Origin: Oceanispirochaeta sp.
GTDB lineage: Bacteria > Spirochaetota > Spirochaetia > DSM-2461
Length of the DNA stretch: 64,000 nt
NCBI GenBank assembly: GCA_963666275.2
Contig: CAXXOA010000001.1
Coordinates: 1,632,001-1,696,000, forward strand
Direction of reading: 5' to 3'
A program made the translations under genes and the position numbers. The notes under the pieces were generated by a model, which worked only from the letters and a program-made list of their open reading frames with translations, was not told the origin of the DNA and did no database searches. Shown here piece after piece: positions 29,648-38,727 of this stretch. Numbering within the stretch: position 1 is the first letter of the stretch; every line of letters starts with the position of its first letter.

Positions 29648-30607
29648 ATGAGTAAGTGGAAAGAACTGGAAACATATTTGAGTCAGAGGCCTCTGACTGA
29701 TCCGGAAAGCTGTCAGAAACTTCTGCAGGGCCCTGCGGGAGAACTCCCCGGGCTGGAGCATCTGATCATTGACAGAATGGCCCATCTGATTTTTGTCATA
29801 TCCTATAAACCCCTGTCCGATGAGGAGCGCTCTCAGCTCGTCTCCATTCTGGACAGCGCCTATCCCGGGCATTTCCTGAGGATTCAGGTTCGGGGAAACG
29901 GCCTTTCAGAAGATATCTATTTGTCCGGTGAGATCCCCGAAGAAGTTAAAATCAGAGAGGGCGACAACTGGTATGCCATTCATCCCCGGCGGGGGCAGAA
30001 TATCGGTTTTTTTCCGGATATGGTGAACGGTCGCAGACGGGTTCGGGAGTATCTGGAAGGACCCGGCCGGGAAGGGAAAGTGCTGAACCTTTTTGCCTAT
30101 ACCTGCTCTTTTTCCGTCACAGCCCTGAAAGCAGGAGCTTCCCGGGTGGACAACTGGGATATGAACCGGAACTCACTGAATATAGGCAAAGAGAACCATT
30201 CTCTGAACAGTATAGAAATGAGTGATCAGAACGCCAGATTCTATTCTCATGACATTTTCCGGTCCTTCGGGAAGATCCGACAGAACAGCCCCTACGACCT
30301 GATTATCATGGATCCTCCTCCTTTTCAGGGCAGAAGTTTCAGTTTTAAACGGGACTATCCCAAACTGATCAGGCGCACGGGGAACTGGCTAAGGCCGGGA
30401 GGAGCCGCATTCTTCTGTCTCAACGCTCCTACCTTTGACTGGGCGGAATTCGAAGTCATGCTGAAAGAAAATCTGGATGGTAAATTTGAGAATTGGGAGA
30501 AGGTCCCGTCCCCGGCGGAGTTCCTGGGAAAATTTCCTGACAGAGGATTAAAAGCCTTTTTTCTGACAGGGTGGGAAGTTATACCGGAAAGTAAAAAAAA
30601 CTCATAA
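29648..30607 (+). CDS. Class I SAM-dependent methyltransferase (RlmI/YwbD-like)
   Basis: VLNLFAYTCSFS, DLIIMDPP. Confidence 0.85.
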   Translation: MSKWKELETYLSQRPLTDPESCQKLLQGPAGELPGLEHLIIDRMAHLIFVISYKPLSDEERSQLVSILDSAYPGHFLRIQVRGNGLSEDIYLSGEIPEEVKIREGDNWYAIHPRRGQNIGFFPDMVNGRRRVREYLEGPGREGKVLNLFAYTCSFSVTALKAGASRVDNWDMNRNSLNIGKENHSLNSIEMSDQNARFYSHDIFRSFGKIRQNSPYDLIIMDPPPFQGRSFSFKRDYPKLIRRTGNWLRPGGAAFFCLNAPTFDWAEFEVMLKENLDGKFENWEKVPSPAEFLGKFPDRGLKAFFLTGWEVIPESKKNS

Positions 30608-30626
30608 AAAACAGGGGTTTTTTATT

Positions 30627-30720
30627 TCAAGTTTATCAGGGTAGCCCCCCGATAGTCCCAATGTAGCGTAAGCTATTTTCCGGCACGGATGCCGGATTAT
30701 TTCAAAATTCATGGAGGAAT
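30627..30720 (+). promoter_or_regulatory. Candidate sigma28 promoter and CsrA-site hairpin in flaB leader
   Basis: TCAAG...CCGATA; hairpin TCCGGCA-CGGA-TGCCGGA at 30679-30696; ATGGAGG at RBS. Confidence 0.55.
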
Positions 30721-30725
30721 AATCG

Positions 30726-31586
30726 ATGATTATTAATCACAACCTGAGTGCTATGACAGCACAGAGACAGAACGGAATGGCTGGGGCGAACTCTGCAAAC
30801 AACATGGCGAAACTGAGTTCCGGTATGAGAATCAATAAAGCGGGAGACGATGCGTCCGGTCTGGCAGTATCTGAAAAGATGCGATCCCAGATCCGCGGTC
30901 TGCAGCAGGCTTCCCGTAATGCTTCCGACGGTATTTCTTTTATCCAGACTGCAGAAGGTTTTCTTCAGGAAACCACAGATATCGTACAGAGAATCAGGGA
31001 GCTGGCTGTTCAGTCTTCCAACGGTATCTACACCTCAGAAGACCGTATGCAGATTCAGGTGGAAGTTTCCCAGCTGGTGGACGAACTGGACAGAGTGGCA
31101 TCTCACGCCCAGTTCAACGGTATGAACATGCTGACCGGAAGGTTTGCTGCAGATACCGGAACCAATACGGTAACAGCTTCCATGTGGATTCATGTTGGAG
31201 CCAATATGGATCAGAGAGAACAGATTCATATCGGAACCATGACTTCCGATGCTCTGGGAATGCGTCAGCTGGGTACGGGAGAGATCATGTCTCTTTCCAC
31301 TCCCGAGCAGTCCAACAGGAACATCGGAGTTCTGGATCAGGCTCTGAAAACCATCAACAAACAGAGAGCCGACCTGGGTGCCTACCAGAACAGAATGGAA
31401 ATGGCTATCCGCGGTATCGATGTGGGTGCTGAGAACCTGCAGGCTTCCGAATCCAGAATCCGGGACCTGGACATGGCGAAAGAATCTGTTGATTTTACCA
31501 AAAACCAGATCCTCAGCCAGGCAAGCAATGCCATGCTGGCTCAGGCTAACCAGAGAGGTCAGAGCGTTCTGCAGCTTCTGCAGTAA
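30726..31586 (+). CDS. flaB: Periplasmic flagellar filament core protein FlaB
   Basis: [33 protein letters not shown]; 286 aa spirochaete type. Confidence 0.96.
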   Translation: MIINHNLSAMTAQRQNGMAGANSANNMAKLSSGMRINKAGDDASGLAVSEKMRSQIRGLQQASRNASDGISFIQTAEGFLQETTDIVQRIRELAVQSSNGIYTSEDRMQIQVEVSQLVDELDRVASHAQFNGMNMLTGRFAADTGTNTVTASMWIHVGANMDQREQIHIGTMTSDALGMRQLGTGEIMSLSTPEQSNRNIGVLDQALKTINKQRADLGAYQNRMEMAIRGIDVGAENLQASESRIRDLDMAKESVDFTKNQILSQASNAMLAQANQRGQSVLQLLQ

Positions 31587-31605
31587 GGTTCATCTGAACT
31601 TTCTT

Positions 31606-31635
31606 AAAAACCGTCCGCAAGGGCGGTTTTTTTTT
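31606..31635 (+). terminator. Rho-independent terminator
   Basis: AAAAACCGTCC-GCAA-GGGCGGTTTTTTTT. Confidence 0.8.
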
Positions 31636-31796
31636 ATGGGACTTATCAGACTCATTGAGCACTTGCCATTTCAGAAATCAGACAGGAGCTGTCTTGAAAT
31701 GCCTCTATGACCTTAATATGTAATAATAAACAGCAATAATGAAGAATTAGGTAATGTATATGATACATTATGAACTACAAAGAGTTCCTTTAGTAT

Positions 31797-32474
31797 TCAT
31801 GACTGGTCCCCAAATAGTTCTATTGGCTTCCCGAATGAAGTCTCCGGATCTGTCACAAAATCCGAAGACTTTTCCCTTTCCATCAGGGCAAGCCTTGCTT
31901 CATTAAACGGGACATTCCCATCCAGCCAGAACCGGGCGGATTCGGGACCGATAACCACAGGCTGCCGCAGGGCGCTGTTATGGATATAGCGCATCACATT
32001 CCGGGCCTCCATGGTACAGACTCCGAAGGACTGCCAGATACCGCCGTCCAGCTCAGTTCTTGAATAGAGTCCCGGCAGCAGCAGGGGCTGATCTTCGGGA
32101 AGAGCTATGCGGTATTTGATCTTTTCCTTCCCCTCATGGCGCCACTCCCAGAAATGGGAAAATACAGCCGCACAGCGTCCCCTTTCTATCCGGGGCCTGT
32201 AGAGCTTTTTCTGCTCCGCCTCTTCCAGGCGGACATTGGCGGCCCATATTTTGCGGGTTTTCAGCTGATCCATGGTTTTGAACCAGGGGGGAGTGAATAG
32301 CCAGTGGAGGGGCTGGAGCTTTGTCGGGGCCTCCATGGTAAGAACCGGAAAGATAGGGGAGGCCATGGCGGAGATCTGATCATACAGAGGGAACTCATAG
32401 ACACCCGGATCCAGATCCATGATCTGTGTTATTGTCTCTACGGTTCCTTTTTTGATTCCCGAGTAGTAGCACAT
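31797..32474 (-). CDS. SOS response-associated peptidase (SRAP) family protein
   Basis: N-terminal MC, FWEW, IHN...RQPV; downstream of umuC. Confidence 0.8.
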   Translation of the reverse strand: MCYYSGIKKGTVETITQIMDLDPGVYEFPLYDQISAMASPIFPVLTMEAPTKLQPLHWLFTPPWFKTMDQLKTRKIWAANVRLEEAEQKKLYRPRIERGRCAAVFSHFWEWRHEGKEKIKYRIALPEDQPLLLPGLYSRTELDGGIWQSFGVCTMEARNVMRYIHNSALRQPVVIGPESARFWLDGNVPFNEARLALMEREKSSDFVTDPETSFGKPIELFGDQS

Positions 32475-32500
32475 GGCATTCCTCCCTTCTTCTAATCAGT

Positions 32501-33793
32501 TCACAAACTTCGTTTGCTGCTCGCCCATGCAACCGGGGGCTGGTCGGAAGCAAGCTTCCTGCTCGCCCATGCTACCGGGGCTTCCTTGAGGCGGGTGGTG
32601 TAGCAGGGGGAGAGGTGTTCCCGGCGCATTCCCCAGTCCGCCGTGGCTTCGCAGGCTGCCAGATGGACAGTGCGGCGGCCGAATTTCCGGTTCAGCCGGT
32701 CCACCGTATCCATTATAAGCTTTTCCCGGGGGTCTCTGCTGAAAAAAAGGTCCCCCTGGGATCCGGCGGCCGGCTCTATGCCGAAAAGGAGAACCGTGGT
32801 CCGCCAGTAGGCCAGTCCCGGTTCGTAGAGCCGGGTGAGGAGCTCCGAAGCGGTTTTGACAATATGGGGCAGATAGTCTGTGGGGGATACCTTCCGGGAG
32901 GCGCTCCTCAGGCCGTCTCCCCGGAACATGGAGGATTCCAGCGTCACGCTCACAAGGCTTGTGGTGCACTCCTGGCCCCGGAGCTTCTCTACCGCCAGTT
33001 CGGTATAGCTGGAGACCGCCTCTTTCAGAAGGGAGAGCTCTCTGACGGGATTGCCGAACTGCCGGGCGCTTATAATTCCCTTGCGGGGATCCGGCGCCAG
33101 TTTCATTTCGTTCATGGGCACTCCCGCCAGTTCTCTCTGGAGCCGCCATCCCACAATGGTCATCCTTTTGCGGATCTCCCATTCGGGAATCCTTACAAAG
33201 TCTTCGGCCGTTTCGATGCCCCGGCTTTTAAGCTGCTCCGCAAAGGCCCGTCCCACCCCCCATATATTGTCCACAGGGGTCTCTCTGCGGGCCCTGGCGA
33301 TCTTTTCCGGCGTATCGAGGATAAGGATGCCTCCGCTGTTTTTGGCCAGCCTCTGGGCCACCTTGGCCAGGGCCTTGGTGGGGCCTGCTCCCATAGATGT
33401 GGGAATAAAGGTCTGCTTCTGTATCCGCTCCCGGATCAGGGCTCCGTACTCCTCCAGATTTCCGATCCCCTTCAGGTCGATAAAGGCCTCGTCTATGGAG
33501 TAGACCTCCACATGGGGAGAGAACTCCCTGAGGGTTTCCATCACCCGCAGGGAGATATCCTGATAGAGGGAGTAGTTGGAGCTGAAGTAGGCTATGCAGT
33601 GCTCTCTGATAACAGGCATGGCCTCGCTGAGCCGCTGCCCCCGCTTCAGCCCCAGGGCCTTGGCTTCGGAGCTCAGGGCGATGAGCCAGTGGTCGTTGTT
33701 GGAGAGCACCACAATGGGAACATCCTTCAGATCGGGCCGGAAGATCCTCTCGCAGGAGGCATAGAAGCTTTTGCAGTCCACCAGGCCGATCAT
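32501..33793 (-). CDS. umuC: Y-family DNA polymerase V subunit UmuC-like (DUF4113 C-terminus)
   Basis: VDCKSFYASCE, VVLSNND, YSIDEAF, WGMRREHLSPCYTT. Confidence 0.92.
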   Translation of the reverse strand: MIGLVDCKSFYASCERIFRPDLKDVPIVVLSNNDHWLIALSSEAKALGLKRGQRLSEAMPVIREHCIAYFSSNYSLYQDISLRVMETLREFSPHVEVYSIDEAFIDLKGIGNLEEYGALIRERIQKQTFIPTSMGAGPTKALAKVAQRLAKNSGGILILDTPEKIARARRETPVDNIWGVGRAFAEQLKSRGIETAEDFVRIPEWEIRKRMTIVGWRLQRELAGVPMNEMKLAPDPRKGIISARQFGNPVRELSLLKEAVSSYTELAVEKLRGQECTTSLVSVTLESSMFRGDGLRSASRKVSPTDYLPHIVKTASELLTRLYEPGLAYWRTTVLLFGIEPAAGSQGDLFFSRDPREKLIMDTVDRLNRKFGRRTVHLAACEATADWGMRREHLSPCYTTRLKEAPVAWASRKLASDQPPVAWASSKRSL

Positions 33794-34161
33794 GAGGGAA
33801 GCATCCTCAAAAGCCGGGTGACCACGCCGAAGATCCGGACATCTTCCTCCCTTTCGGGGAAAAACCGCTCGCCTCCCGATGAGACAACCATCTCTCCCCG
33901 GAACATTTCAAGCCTGCCCAGACAGAATTCGCCCTCAAGCACCGCCACAACCAGCTTTCCCGCCGAAGGATGGCAGGAGCTGTCTATGATAAGGTAGTCT
34001 CCCTCTTTTATGCCCTCATCGGCAAATCCGCTGCCCTGAAGGGTGAACACATACATGGCATGGGGCTTGGGAAAAAGGATGCCCGTCCAGTCTGTTTCAT
34101 CGTCTATATACGCCTCGGCGGGGGAGCCGAATCCGGTGGCGCGTACCATGGTCTTTTTCAT
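33790..34161 (-). CDS. umuD: UmuD-like S24 protein lacking the catalytic dyad
   Basis: TGFGSPA, GDYLIID, VVAVLEGEF, IFGVV; overlaps umuC start. Confidence 0.82.
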   Translation of the reverse strand: MKKTMVRATGFGSPAEAYIDDETDWTGILFPKPHAMYVFTLQGSGFADEGIKEGDYLIIDSSCHPSAGKLVVAVLEGEFCLGRLEMFRGEMVVSSGGERFFPEREEDVRIFGVVTRLLRMLPS

Positions 34162-34168
34162 ACCTTTT

Positions 34169-34198
34169 ATTATACTACTACACAGATGTATAGTTCAA
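34169..34198 (-). promoter_or_regulatory. Sigma70-type promoter of umuD with operator-like palindrome
   Basis: TTGAAC-18nt-TATAAT on minus strand overlapping ACTATACA-TC-TGTGTAGT. Confidence 0.6.
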
Positions 34199-34265
34199 TA
34201 GAAAATTGGGTTTTCCTCCCAATCAGACGGCGGGAGTATTATACTTGATAGGACAGGAGGTTTAT

Positions 34266-35057
34266 ATGGACTTTAAAGGAAAGACCATCCTTATTACAGG
34301 GGGGGCCGGTGATATAGGCCTGGCTGTGGCCGGGAGATTCGCTAAAGCCGGAGCTGTGATCCTTCTGACGGATGTACAGAAGAAGAAACTCCAGGGGGCT
34401 GCAGAAACTCTTGCGGAAAACACGGGAGCCCAGGTGGAGACCTTTACAGCCGATGTGTCCGATCCCGGGTCTGTGAAAAAGATGGTGGCCTCTATAGAGA
34501 AAAAGGGCTTTAATATCGACATGCTCTTTAATAATGCGGGGTACCAGGGGGACTTCAAACCCACCCACCTCTACGATCCCGAGGATTTTCAGAAGGTCAT
34601 CAATATCAACCTGGCGGGAGCCTTCAATGTGCTGCGCTATGTGTCGGAGCATATGGTGGCCAACCGCTTCGGGGCTATTGTGAATACGGCCAGCATGGCC
34701 GGCGTGGAAGGGCCTCCCAATATGATTGCCTACGGAGCCAGCAAGTTCGGCGTGGTGGGGATCACCCAGTCGGCTTCCAAGGATCTGGCTCCCTACGGCA
34801 TCCGGGTCAACTCGATCTCACCGGCCTTTATGGGCCCCGGTTTTATGTGGGACCGGCAGGTGGAACTCCAGGCCAAAGCGGGAACCCAGTACTTTTCGGA
34901 AAACCCCGAAGAGGTGGCAAAACAGATGATAGGCTCAGTCCCCATGCGGCGCTACGGCAGCATTGAGGAGATTCCCGGGACAGTCATGTACCTGATGAGC
35001 GAAGATGCCAGCTACGTGACGGGAGTGAACATCTATATTTCCGGGGGGATCCGCTAG
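34266..35057 (+). CDS. SDR family oxidoreductase
   Basis: TGGAGDIG, NNAG, YGASK. Confidence 0.93.
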   Translation: MDFKGKTILITGGAGDIGLAVAGRFAKAGAVILLTDVQKKKLQGAAETLAENTGAQVETFTADVSDPGSVKKMVASIEKKGFNIDMLFNNAGYQGDFKPTHLYDPEDFQKVININLAGAFNVLRYVSEHMVANRFGAIVNTASMAGVEGPPNMIAYGASKFGVVGITQSASKDLAPYGIRVNSISPAFMGPGFMWDRQVELQAKAGTQYFSENPEEVAKQMIGSVPMRRYGSIEEIPGTVMYLMSEDASYVTGVNIYISGGIR

Positions 35058-35172
35058 GAAATCCTAATGTCCTGTTGTTTCCCTCCTCCGGGAACGATCC
35101 GGAAGAGGGGAGGACAAACAGATTCTCCGCTGTTTCTTTCCTGGCAGAGCCGGGAAGGGGAAATGGGGGAAA

Positions 35173-37062
35173 TCAGGCTATCTGATTCTCTTCTTCAAAG
35201 CTGTCCGGCCCGGAGGAACTGTCATCCCCTATGATATCAGAGGTTGTATAGAGGGATACTGTCTCATCAATAGACAGGGCTGAGTCTCCGATAAGAGAGG
35301 AATTCTCTGCAACCTTTGAGAGGGTTGTATTGATTTCACTAATCTGAGTCTGTATGTCTCTGATATTGGCAGATACCACACCGGATGTATTTTTCAGATG
35401 ATTCACAAGCTGTCCCTGTTCTTCTCCGGCAATGAGTATGTGTCCTGTGTTCTCCTTGATAACCTGGGAGACATCGGTGAGAGATCCCATGGCTGAGAGG
35501 ATCTGGCTGCCTCCTGATTTCAGTTCATTCATCGTCTGGGTTATTTCCGCCAGGGATTCACTGAACAGGTCTATTTCGCTGCTGATTTTCTTAAACACGG
35601 AAGAGGCTGTCTCACTGGAATCGGAGGCTTCGGAAATTCCTGAAATAACCTGCTTCAGGGTGTCCGAGATCATCCGGGAGTTTTCTGAAGAGGCCTCCGC
35701 CAGCTTTCTGATCTCATCGGCTACAACAGAAAATCCTTTGCCCGCTTCGCCCGCATGGGCGGCTTCGATGGCGGCATTCATGGCCAGGAGATTGGTTTGA
35801 TCGGCAATGGCATTGATAATATCCGCAATACCCGAGATCATATCGATATGGTTGTTGATCCTGGCGATGGACTGGGAGTTGGCATCCATCTTCTCTTCAC
35901 CCGAAACTGTCATATCCACCAGCTCTTTCATGACAGAAGTTTTTTTGTGGGTAATAGAGTTTACATTATCGATGGAGGCAATCATTTCCGTTACAGAGGC
36001 GGTGGATTCCTCCACCATAGCCTGCTGTTCGATCACCTGATCGTTCAGGGCGTTAACAGAGACATTCATCTGTTCCATGGACACTGTGGAGGTCCTTATG
36101 GAGTCGTCCAGGTCATTTATATTGTCGGCAATATTCAGAGACTGTTCCTGAATGGTATGAGTATTGGTCTCAGCTTCCCGGACATGTGAGTCCAGATCTT
36201 TCTGTACTGAGATATTCTCACGGGATATCTTTTTAAGATTATTCAGAGACTCTGTCAGGTGGACCTGAAACCTGTTCAGGTTTTTCCCCAGAAAGGAGAG
36301 TTCATCCTTGCCTTTTTCATCAAAGACAGTGGTAAGATCTCCGTTTTTCAGAAAATCCACATTTTTATCTATCCCCCCGATCCGTCCGGTCAGACTCAGG
36401 GACTGACGCATACTGATGATAAAAAACAGGACAATGAGAAGAAATGCCACCAGAAAAAGGACACCTTCTCCTATACGGTTCATTCTGGTGATTTCCTGAT
36501 CGATGATGTCAATGTTATCGTCGACTGTTTCCAGATAGGCATTCAGAGCTTCTCCGCTGTAATTGATCTGATTAATCATATTGAAAATATTGAAGCGGAT
36601 AGTCAGCATCTCAATCTCTTTGGATTCATAGGATAGCTCCAGGAGATCCAGTATGCCTGCGCTTTCGTCGGCGCTCCCCTTAAAAAGGGTTTCCACGGCT
36701 TTATCAATGGAAGAGTAGTAGTTATTCCTTATGGTTTTCAGATCCTGCATGGAATCTATGGAATCAACCACTTCTCTGGAAAAGGTTGTAAGATATTTAA
36801 AATTCAGCAGATCGTCAAAGTACTGATCCGATGCCTTTCTTATTTCCTTAAACTTCTTATAACTGGGGGGGAAATCTCCAATTACAATTTTTTCCATGGC
36901 TACCTGCTCTTCCAGAAGGCTTTCATAGAAATGGGCCAGCTTTTCCTGTTCCTGTGAAATATTGTTTGTATAGTTGGAATAGAGGATAAAGCCAAGACCA
37001 ATAAAAAGCAGGGAGAGTCCCTGCAGCAGATTAACCAATTGAATTCTGTGCTTGATTTTCAT
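35173..37062 (-). CDS. Methyl-accepting chemotaxis protein
   Basis: Two TMs, [38 protein letters not shown]. Confidence 0.95.
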   Translation of the reverse strand: MKIKHRIQLVNLLQGLSLLFIGLGFILYSNYTNNISQEQEKLAHFYESLLEEQVAMEKIVIGDFPPSYKKFKEIRKASDQYFDDLLNFKYLTTFSREVVDSIDSMQDLKTIRNNYYSSIDKAVETLFKGSADESAGILDLLELSYESKEIEMLTIRFNIFNMINQINYSGEALNAYLETVDDNIDIIDQEITRMNRIGEGVLFLVAFLLIVLFFIISMRQSLSLTGRIGGIDKNVDFLKNGDLTTVFDEKGKDELSFLGKNLNRFQVHLTESLNNLKKISRENISVQKDLDSHVREAETNTHTIQEQSLNIADNINDLDDSIRTSTVSMEQMNVSVNALNDQVIEQQAMVEESTASVTEMIASIDNVNSITHKKTSVMKELVDMTVSGEEKMDANSQSIARINNHIDMISGIADIINAIADQTNLLAMNAAIEAAHAGEAGKGFSVVADEIRKLAEASSENSRMISDTLKQVISGISEASDSSETASSVFKKISSEIDLFSESLAEITQTMNELKSGGSQILSAMGSLTDVSQVIKENTGHILIAGEEQGQLVNHLKNTSGVVSANIRDIQTQISEINTTLSKVAENSSLIGDSALSIDETVSLYTTSDIIGDDSSSGPDSFEEENQIA

Positions 37063-37184
37063 GATTTTTCCTATTTCTCTTAGTGGGTAAATATTTATTT
37101 TATAAGCTAGTATTTTTACACAACTCGCAGAAGGTTTAAATGCTGTTTGTTCACTTTTTTTCTTTTTTATTTATAAATGAACAA

Positions 37185-37640
37185 ATTGAATAAATAATAC
37201 CAATCAGAACCCCCGGCGGCTGAGCGGAGCCTACCAGATTGAATAAATAACACTAATGAGAATACCCGGCGGCTGAGCGGAACCAACCAGATTTATTAAA
37301 TAACACTAATGAGAACCCCCGGCGGCTGAGCGGAGCCGAAGCCCAATTGTTTAGATGAAGAACCCAACCTTTACACCATAAGACTCTTAATATTCTCGTT
37401 CTAAAGAAAACATATATTTGTTCTGTTAAACACCCGGCTTCGGCTCCGCTCAGCCACCGCTGGTTCTGGGAAGTATTATTTGACTGGAGTGGATTATTTG
37501 CTCCGCTCAGCCACCGTTGTTTCTGGGAGAATTATTTCAATGGAATAGATTATTGGCTCCGCTCAGCCACCGCTGGTTCTGGGAAGTATTAGTTCTTTGG
37601 GGTAGATTATTGGCTCCGCTCAGTCGCCACTGGTTCTGGT
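37185..37640. repeat. Repeat module A: 3 x 53-bp direct units, 92-bp spacer, 4 x 56-57-bp inverted units
   Basis: GGCTGAGCGG at 37218/37271/37324; CTCCGCTCAG at 37444/37501/37557/37614. Confidence 0.92.
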
Positions 37641-37855
37641 GACTATTGGACTCAAAAGAATCATAAGATTTTCAAACTGGTTCTTAGGTCTCTTCAGAAG
37701 ATTTCTGGACTACGATTGCTGCCAGGAAATCCTTTATAATCGGAAAATTCATTCCGGCGGAAAAAAATATGATTCTGTCTTAACTTGGGCGCAGCACCTG
37801 ACCGTTTTACAAGTTCCGGAAGGGGGAATCCGTAGTAGAGCAGGAGAGCTCAAAA

Positions 37856-38716
37856 TTATGGGGATTCAATTGATGCGTTTCGGGCTAATCGAATACCAGG
37901 GCCTGCATCTATACCGAACTCAAACAATCCTGCACGATCATAAGGAGTGAAGAAAAACTGCTCAGATGTTCTGGCCGATCCTCCACGTGCAATACGATAT
38001 CTCTTTTCTTTTAATTTTAAATAATCTTCTAAAGAGGGACCTGTAGGATTAACTAGTAGAATTGACGGATTATTTGGATATTCTAATGATAAATCCCAAC
38101 ACCATTCATCAATGTTTCCACTCATATCATACAATCCAAGTTCATTGGCTTTTTTAGAGCCAACCGAATGCGTAGTATCATCAGAATTCCAATCAGTCCA
38201 AGCGACCTCATTAAGATCATTACTGCCTGAGTATTCATATCCTTTGGAAAGATTCCCGCCACGAGCAGCAAATTCCCACTCTGCATCTGTTGGCAATCGA
38301 TATCCATTTGCTTCTCTTATCCATTCAACATCTTCACCGTTAATCTTGTAGCATTCTTCTAGACCATATTTTCTACTGACCCAGTTTGCATATTCAATAG
38401 CTAATATCCATTTAACTCCAATAGGAGAATCAGGATATAGACTTTCTCTTCTCATATCATAATATTCTCCCTGCCATTTATAAGAAGTTCCTGTTTCTTT
38501 AAGAAATTGCTCCCATTGTTCGACTGTTGTTTCATACTTTGATATATAATAGCTGTCCAATTTTATTCTTACAGATTGAGTTGAAAATCCCTCCTTTCCT
38601 AAGGTAAACTCTCCACCCTCGACAAGAACCATATCTTGGTCGATAGTCAATTTCTCAGCAGAGCAGGCAGTTAAAAATGTAGCTAAAACTAAAGTAATAA
38701 CAAATCTAATTTTCAT
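37856..38716 (-). CDS. FGE/SUMF1-domain lipoprotein (probably non-catalytic)
   Basis: Lipobox FLTAC; YRLPTDAEWEFAARGG, NELGLYDMSGN..EWCWD, ARGGS without FGE cysteines. Confidence 0.88.
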   Translation of the reverse strand: MKIRFVITLVLATFLTACSAEKLTIDQDMVLVEGGEFTLGKEGFSTQSVRIKLDSYYISKYETTVEQWEQFLKETGTSYKWQGEYYDMRRESLYPDSPIGVKWILAIEYANWVSRKYGLEECYKINGEDVEWIREANGYRLPTDAEWEFAARGGNLSKGYEYSGSNDLNEVAWTDWNSDDTTHSVGSKKANELGLYDMSGNIDEWCWDLSLEYPNNPSILLVNPTGPSLEDYLKLKEKRYRIARGGSARTSEQFFFTPYDRAGLFEFGIDAGPGIRLARNASIESP

Positions 38717-38727
38717 GCTATTCTCCA

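Noticed and set aside
37639..37950. 103-aa plus-strand ORF after module A
   Set aside because: No RBS or motifs, and it overlaps the FGE gene antisense; at most a degraded remnant
37856..38716. Diversity-generating retroelement target (FGE/CLec fold)
   Set aside because: No reverse transcriptase, and no template repeat matching its 3' end was seen in the window
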